This document shows, piece by piece, positions 36,626 to 41,250 of a stretch of 41,250 nucleotides of DNA (the stretch's first letter is position 1; every line of letters begins with the position of its first letter). Origin of the DNA: Actinomycetota bacterium (GTDB lineage: Bacteria; Actinomycetota; CADDZG01; JAHWKV01; JAOPZY01); NCBI GenBank assembly GCA_025963875.1, contig JAOPZY010000135.1, forward strand, positions 1 to 41,250, written 5' to 3'. The translations under genes and the position numbers were made by a program. The notes beneath the pieces are model-generated. The model was given only the letters and a program-made list of their open reading frames with translations, did no database searches and had not been told where the DNA came from.

Positions 36626-36723
36626 ACCGGGTCGCCGGACCTGGGGCGACTCACCCGGCCAACGAGCCTGGTTCGGACGCGAGCTAAGCCGGGTGGTCGG
36701 AGCCCCAGGCCGGCGAACCCGGT
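36626..36723. repeat. ~98-bp long imperfect hairpin (REPIN-like element or ncRNA)
   Basis: Stacked stems ACCGGG/CCCGGT, TCGCCGG/CCGGCGA, CCTGGGG/CCCCAGG, CGAC/GTCG, CACCCGGC/GCCGGGTG. Confidence 0.6.
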
Positions 36724-36737
36724 GAGCCGAGGACGCG

Positions 36738-36761
36738 AAAAGGCCCCGCGCTGGCGGGGCC
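36738..36761 (-). terminator. Intrinsic terminator of groES
   Basis: Minus strand GGCCCCGC-cagc-GCGGGGCC followed by TTTT. Confidence 0.75.
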
Positions 36762-36781
36762 CCTGCGCTGCAAACGGCTGG

Positions 36782-37066
36782 CTAGCCGACGACGCCGAGG
36801 ATGTCCCGCTCCGCGAGGATGAGAAGGTCCTCTCCCTCGACGATGACTTCGGTCCCTCCGTACTTGGAGTAGACGACCCGGTCGCCCTCCTTGACATCGA
36901 GGGGCACGCGTACGCCATCGTGGAACCCGCCTGGGCCGACGCCGAGGACGATGCCCTCCTGGGGCTTCTCCTTAGCGGTGTCCGGGATCACGAGACCCGA
37001 GGGCAGCGGCTTGTCGCTGTCGTCGGGGCGGACGAGCACCCGGTCACCGAGTGGTCGCAGCTTCAT
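36782..37066 (-). CDS. groES: Co-chaperonin GroES
   Basis: MKLRPLGDRVLV, SGLVIPDTAKEKPQEG, YSKYGGTEV; RBS GGAGGT before ATG 37066. Confidence 0.97.
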   Translation of the reverse strand: MKLRPLGDRVLVRPDDSDKPLPSGLVIPDTAKEKPQEGIVLGVGPGGFHDGVRVPLDVKEGDRVVYSKYGGTEVIVEGEDLLILAERDILGVVG

Positions 37067-37092
37067 CGAACACCTCCAACTCTTATTGTGAA

Positions 37093-37119
37093 TTAGCACT
37101 CACGGATTGAGAGTGCTAA
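37093..37119. promoter_or_regulatory. CIRCE element (HrcA operator)
   Basis: Perfect TTAGCACTC-N9-GAGTGCTAA upstream of groES. Confidence 0.97.
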
Positions 37120-37124
37120 TTCGC

Positions 37125-37154
37125 ATGCTAACCGAGGCGCCCGCTGAGCGTCAA
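37125..37154 (-). promoter_or_regulatory. Housekeeping sigma promoter for groES
   Basis: Minus strand TTGACG-N18-TAGCAT immediately upstream of CIRCE. Confidence 0.75.
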
Positions 37155-37171
37155 CCGGTCGCGGAGAAGTC

Positions 37172-38356
37172 CTACGTGATGGGGAAACTGGGGTCCGGGG
37201 CGGCGTCGAGGCTGGTACGGATCCCCCGCCGGTACCGGTGGTACCCGCAGCCGGCCACCATGGCCGCATTGTCGGTGCAGAGGGCCATCGACGGGTGGTA
37301 GACCTTGATCTCGGCCGCCGTGCAGGCCACCTCCAGCGACGCTCGCAGCTGCGAGTTGGCTGCGACGCCGCCGCAGAGCAGCACCGTGGGGATCTCGTTG
37401 TCCACCGCGGCCCGGACGGTCTTGGTCACCAGCACGTCAACGACCGCAGCCTGGAACGAGGCGCAGATATCGGCAACGTTCGGCTCCCTGCCCGCCCGCC
37501 GCTCCCGGTCCACGTAGGTGAGGGCTGCGGTCTTCAGCCCCGAGAACGAGAAGTCGTAGCCCTCGTTCAGCATCGGACGGGGAAACGGGATGGCCTTGGG
37601 ATTGCCCTCGGCGGCGAGGCGGTCCACGACCGGACCACCCGGGTACCCCAGGCCCAGATAGCGGGCCACCTTGTCGAAGGCCTCCCCGGCCGCATCGTCC
37701 AGTGTCTCGCCAAGGACCTCGTACATGCCGTGGTCCGTCATTTCGACCAGCAGCGTGTGGCCCCCGGAGACGATCAGCGCCAGCGCCGGCAGCGAGGCCT
37801 CGGGGTGCTCGATGAAGTTCGCGTAGATGTGTGCCTCCAGATGGTTGACCCCGATCAGGGGGACCTCGAGGAGTGCCGCCAGCGATTTCGCAGCGGCCAC
37901 GCCGACCACCAGCGACCCCATGAGGCCGGGCCCGAGCGTGACGGCAACGGCGTCCAGGTCCCAGAACGTCACATCGGCCTGGCGGAGCGCCTCGGCCAAC
38001 GCCGGATTGATCGCCTGGACGTGGGCCCGGGAGGCGAGCTCGGGCACGATGCCCCCGTAGCGCTCGTGCAGGGCCGACTGCGAGGAGACGACGTTGGCCA
38101 GGATCGTCCGGTCGCCGCGCAGCACCGCCGCCGAGGTCTCGTCGCACGACGTTTCGATGGCGAGGATGAGCGTCTCGGGCGAGTCGGGGACCGTTTCCCT
38201 GGGGTGCGGCAGCGTCGCTGGCTCCAGGCCCGCCGTGGTGAGCTCCAGCTCTTCGACCAGGGGCTCGGCGAACGAGACGTCGGGCACCGACAGCGTCCAG
38301 GGGGCGGGGCCGGAGGTCGGGATCGCCCAGGAGGCGTTGGGAGCCGGCTCAGACAC
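37172..38356 (-). CDS. tsaD: tRNA N6-threonylcarbamoyltransferase TsaD
   Basis: AIETSCDET, GGIVPELASRAH, NHLEAH, VSGGHT, DDAAGEAFDK, FSFSGLKT, GGVAAN, TDNAAM. Confidence 0.96.
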   Translation of the reverse strand: MSEPAPNASWAIPTSGPAPWTLSVPDVSFAEPLVEELELTTAGLEPATLPHPRETVPDSPETLILAIETSCDETSAAVLRGDRTILANVVSSQSALHERYGGIVPELASRAHVQAINPALAEALRQADVTFWDLDAVAVTLGPGLMGSLVVGVAAAKSLAALLEVPLIGVNHLEAHIYANFIEHPEASLPALALIVSGGHTLLVEMTDHGMYEVLGETLDDAAGEAFDKVARYLGLGYPGGPVVDRLAAEGNPKAIPFPRPMLNEGYDFSFSGLKTAALTYVDRERRAGREPNVADICASFQAAVVDVLVTKTVRAAVDNEIPTVLLCGGVAANSQLRASLEVACTAAEIKVYHPSMALCTDNAAMVAGCGYHRYRRGIRTSLDAAPDPSFPIT

Positions 38357-38906
38357 GGTCGTTGCCCCCGTCTCCTCTCGCCGCTGCCCGGAGGCCGTCG
38401 AGGACCTCCCTGTACTTCGGGAGGTCGATGCCCTCCACCCACATCACGATGGCGTCCTCGCCGGTCTCGACGTAGTAGCCCCGCCGGACGCCGACCGGAC
38501 GGAAGCCGAAACGCTCGTACATCCGCTGCGCTCCCAGGTTGGACTTGCGGACCTCGAGCGACACCGACCGGGCCCCCTTGGCGGCGGCTGCGTCGATGAG
38601 GCCGAGCATGAGTTTGGTCCCGACGTGGTTGCGGTGCCAGGCCGGGTCGACGGCGATCGTGGTGATATGGGCCTCGGGGGGGGCCAGCATGACGCCGCCG
38701 TAGCCGATCACCTGGGCGTCCCAGCGAGCCACGAGGTAGACCCGGTCCGACTTGCGGGTCATCTCCTGCAGGAACAGGGCCGCGCTCCAGGGCCGGGGAT
38801 ACACCTGCGACTCGATGCGCAGCACCTGGCGCAGGTGGCGCCGGCGCATGGCGGCGAGCTCCACCTCCGAGGGGTCGAGGCCGGGCTGGCGCATGAGGGC
38901 GCTCAC
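38349..38906 (-). CDS. rimI: Ribosomal protein S18 alanine N-acetyltransferase
   Basis: PWS, EAHITTIAVDP, LEVRKSN, RRGYY...EDAIVM; between tsaB and tsaD. Confidence 0.92.
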   Translation of the reverse strand: MSALMRQPGLDPSEVELAAMRRRHLRQVLRIESQVYPRPWSAALFLQEMTRKSDRVYLVARWDAQVIGYGGVMLAPPEAHITTIAVDPAWHRNHVGTKLMLGLIDAAAAKGARSVSLEVRKSNLGAQRMYERFGFRPVGVRRGYYVETGEDAIVMWVEGIDLPKYREVLDGLRAAARGDGGNDRV

Positions 38907-39604
38907 GGCTTCAGACTCCGGGCTTCCCAGTTGATCTCGGCCTGCGTGCGTCGCATGTAGAGCGGCTCGATGTCGTAGAGGCGGTCGAAGTCCTCCCTGA
39001 CGATGCGGGGAAGCGCAAGGTCGATCAGCGCAGCGGACCTGGGAAATGCGTGCGTCATGGTTCCGATCTCCACCCTCTCCGACTCTTCCAGCTTAGAACG
39101 GTACAGCAGGGCGCCGTTGCCGATGGCGAGCACGTCGGAGCCCTGGGCGTCGAACTCCGTGGCGAGGCGCTCGGGCGGACCCACCTGGTAGTCGCTCAGA
39201 CGGGTCACGCCGCCCGGCACCTGCCGGTAGAAGGCGAAGAAGACCTCGCTGCGCTTGGCGTCGAGAACGGGGCAGATGACCTTGGGCGTGTACCGGGCGT
39301 CGAAGGCCAGGAGGTCCAGGGACGGAACCCCGATGATGGGTACCGACAGGGCCTGGGCAAGCGTCTTGGCGGTCGTGACGCCGACGCGCATCCCGGTGAA
39401 CAGGCCCGGCCCGAGCCCGACGGCCACGGCGGAGAGCTGCCGGTAGGTGAGGCCGGACTGGTGCATGAGGAACTCGACTGCCGGGAGGAGGAACTCGCCG
39501 TAGGCGGCGCCGCGCGAGATCGTGCACGAGCCGATGATGCCCTGCTCGGACCCGATGGTGACCGAAGCCTGCGGCGTCGAGGTCTCGATGCCGAGCACCA
39601 GCAT
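38903..39604 (-). CDS. tsaB: t6A biosynthesis protein TsaB
   Basis: LGIETST, GLGPGLFTGMRVG, DAKRSEVF, PLYMR. Confidence 0.93.
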   Translation of the reverse strand: MLVLGIETSTPQASVTIGSEQGIIGSCTISRGAAYGEFLLPAVEFLMHQSGLTYRQLSAVAVGLGPGLFTGMRVGVTTAKTLAQALSVPIIGVPSLDLLAFDARYTPKVICPVLDAKRSEVFFAFYRQVPGGVTRLSDYQVGPPERLATEFDAQGSDVLAIGNGALLYRSKLEESERVEIGTMTHAFPRSAALIDLALPRIVREDFDRLYDIEPLYMRRTQAEINWEARSLKP

Positions 39605-40144
39605 CTAGAGCAGCTCCTGGGGCGGCGGATCGGGCGGGGAGCCCGGTGGGTAGAACAGGTCGTCCCGGTCCACCGAGAACAGCTCCTCGATCAGGACGCG
39701 CACCGTCTGCATCCTCAGTTCCCATTGGGAGCCGCGCGGTTGCAGGACGATCTCCCGGCGGGAATCCCCGTCCCCGTAGCTCATCTGGATCGAGAGGTGC
39801 TCCTTGGGCAGGAGGGGCTCCACCATGTCACCCCATTCCACGACGACGATATGGGACGGGTCCAGGAACTCGTCATAGCCGAGGTCGACGACCTCCTGCA
39901 TCCGCTCGAGCCGGTAGACGTCCATGTGGACGAGCGGGTAGCGGCCTCCGAGGTACTCCTTCAGCAGCACGAAGCTCGGACTGGTCACCCGCTCCAAGAT
40001 GCCCAGGCCCACGGCGAGGCCCTGGACGAACGTCGTCTTTCCTGCACCGAGGTCGCCGCCGAGCGAGACGACGTCGCCCGGGTGCAGCAGAGGGCTGAGC
40101 GCCACAGCGAGGCGCCGGGTCTCCTCCGGGGACCGGGACTCCAT
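39605..40144 (-). CDS. tsaE: t6A biosynthesis ATPase TsaE (start ATG 40144 or GTG 40171)
   Basis: GDLGAGKTT, VTSPSF, HMDVYRL, VVEWG. Confidence 0.93.
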   Translation of the reverse strand: MESRSPEETRRLAVALSPLLHPGDVVSLGGDLGAGKTTFVQGLAVGLGILERVTSPSFVLLKEYLGGRYPLVHMDVYRLERMQEVVDLGYDEFLDPSHIVVVEWGDMVEPLLPKEHLSIQMSYGDGDSRREIVLQPRGSQWELRMQTVRVLIEELFSVDRDDLFYPPGSPPDPPPQELL

Positions 40145-40177
40145 GGCGAGGTTGCGGTGGTTGTGGAACACGGCAGG

Positions 40178-40828
40178 CTAGAAGAGCGCTTCCTGCTCGG
40201 CGGTCTCCACCGCCGGCGCCTCCGCGGGCGCCTCCGGTACCGGCTCCGCCAGCACCGAGGCGATGAGCCGGAAGTCGTCCTGCAGGGCCTTGAACGCCGG
40301 TGAGGCGTTGCCGCCGCCGTGCAGGACCGCCGCGGGGTGGAACGTCGGGATCACCGTCACGACCCGTCCCTGCCCGGGCGGGACCTCGATCTCGAAGCGC
40401 TGACCCCGTACCCGGGAGATCGAGACCTGCTTGGCCAGGACGAACCGGGTGGCGAAATTGCCGAGGGTGACGACGACCCGGGGCTTGATGAAACGAAGCT
40501 GCGCCTCGAGGTATGGCCGGCAGGCCTCGATCTCGTCGGGCATGGGGTCCCGGTTGCCCGGAGGCCGGCATTTGATGACGTTGCAGATCGTGCACCGGCT
40601 CCGGTCGAGCCCGATCGAGCCGAGCATCGTGTCGAGCAGCTGGCCGGCCGCCCCGACGAAGGGCAGGCCCTGCCGGTCCTCGTGGAAACCGGGGGCCTCG
40701 CCCACGAACATGAGGGGGGCCTCGGGGTTGCCGTCCATCCACACCACCTGGGTACGGCCTCCGGCAAGCCGGCACTTGGTGCAGCCGAGCGCTTCGTCAC
40801 GGGCCTCAGCCAACGTCTGCCACGTCAC
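40178..40828 (-). CDS. Family 4 uracil-DNA glycosylase (4Fe-4S)
   Basis: CTKC, GEAPG, PFVGAAG, NVIKCRPPGNR, HPAA; RBS GGAGG. Confidence 0.92.
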   Translation of the reverse strand: MTWQTLAEARDEALGCTKCRLAGGRTQVVWMDGNPEAPLMFVGEAPGFHEDRQGLPFVGAAGQLLDTMLGSIGLDRSRCTICNVIKCRPPGNRDPMPDEIEACRPYLEAQLRFIKPRVVVTLGNFATRFVLAKQVSISRVRGQRFEIEVPPGQGRVVTVIPTFHPAAVLHGGGNASPAFKALQDDFRLIASVLAEPVPEAPAEAPAVETAEQEALF

Positions 40829-41066
40829 GGACCGCCTCCAGACTTCCTCAGAAAAAACCGCAGTGCCCCGTCGCGCTCGCCCGCGGCGCCCAGTGAGGGG
40901 CTGTCAACCCCACCTTCCCCCCGAGTCCCATTCGCCCATTTCGTGGACGGATTTGGGACGAAAAGCACCGCCATAATACCTAGTGCCCTGGGTGGAGGGT
41001 CGGTCCATTCCGTCAGAGGCTTTTACCCTTCCACTCGTGGACCGCTCCTCCGGACCGGGCCACGAG

Positions 41067-41127
41067 CCAGGGGGGATTCGCAGCTTGTCCGCCTCGCTCC
41101 GCTCAGCGGGCTGCTGCTCCCCCCTGG
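41067..41127. repeat. Palindromic element overlapping the alr stop codon
   Basis: CCAGGGGGG...CCCCCCTGG arms with inner GCAGC/GCTGC pairing. Confidence 0.55.
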
Positions 41128-41249
41128 ACCCCCCTGTAGACCCTCGGCACACGGGCGCCGATGCCGCAGACGACTTCGTAGGGGATCGTGCCGAGTGCGT
41201 CGGCGACCTCCTGGGCGGTGATCGCCTCGGCCCCCTGGGTGCCGAGCAT
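41103..41249 (-). CDS. alr: Alanine racemase, C-terminal fragment (partial)
   Basis: Manual translation [38 protein letters not shown]...TGA; the usual position upstream of tsaE. Confidence 0.9.
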   Translation of the reverse strand: MLGTQGAEAITAQEVADALGTIPYEVVCGIGARVPRVYRGVQGGAAAR

Positions 41250-41250
41250 G

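Noticed and set aside
36626..36723. SRP RNA, 6S RNA or tRNA
   Set aside because: No SRP helix-8 consensus, no large central bubble or ~180-nt length, no cloverleaf or T-loop.
40178..40828. UdgX (suicide uracil-DNA glycosylase)
   Set aside because: Lacks the KRRIH loop; ordinary family 4 UDG motifs.

Overview
High-GC bacterial chromosomal window. Gene content and order (guaB3, alr-tsaE-tsaB-rimI-tsaD-groES, pcrA-sucCD-purN-purH-folD) suggest Actinomycetota; this is an inference. The left ~17 kb is accessory. It holds a CAP-domain surface protein, a Tad/Flp pilus locus bracketed by two Cys-containing Flp pilins, an ABC-2 exporter, an MFS transporter, a three-gene 'replication-relaxation (MOB_C-like) nuclease + VirD4/TraD-like ATPase + M48 protease' operon with no integrase or T4SS nearby, and a DUF2269/nucleotide-sugar dehydrogenase/methyltransferase operon. 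The rest is mostly minus-strand housekeeping (mdh, icd, folD, purH, purN, sucD, sucC, pcrA, guaA, guaB3, groES, tsaD, rimI, tsaB, tsaE, udg, alr). Insertions in that block are an AT-rich islet with a small CxxC/HxxC protein, an Asp-box propeller between sucC and sucD, and a WD40/SnoaL/NmrA/AraC block. Non-coding signals include a perfect CIRCE operator, eight candidate leaderless promoters, an identical 21-bp palindrome in three copies (one in the relaxase promoter region, one inside a CDS) and a covarying family of ~45-bp hairpins. No rRNA, tRNA, CRISPR array or transposase was seen.
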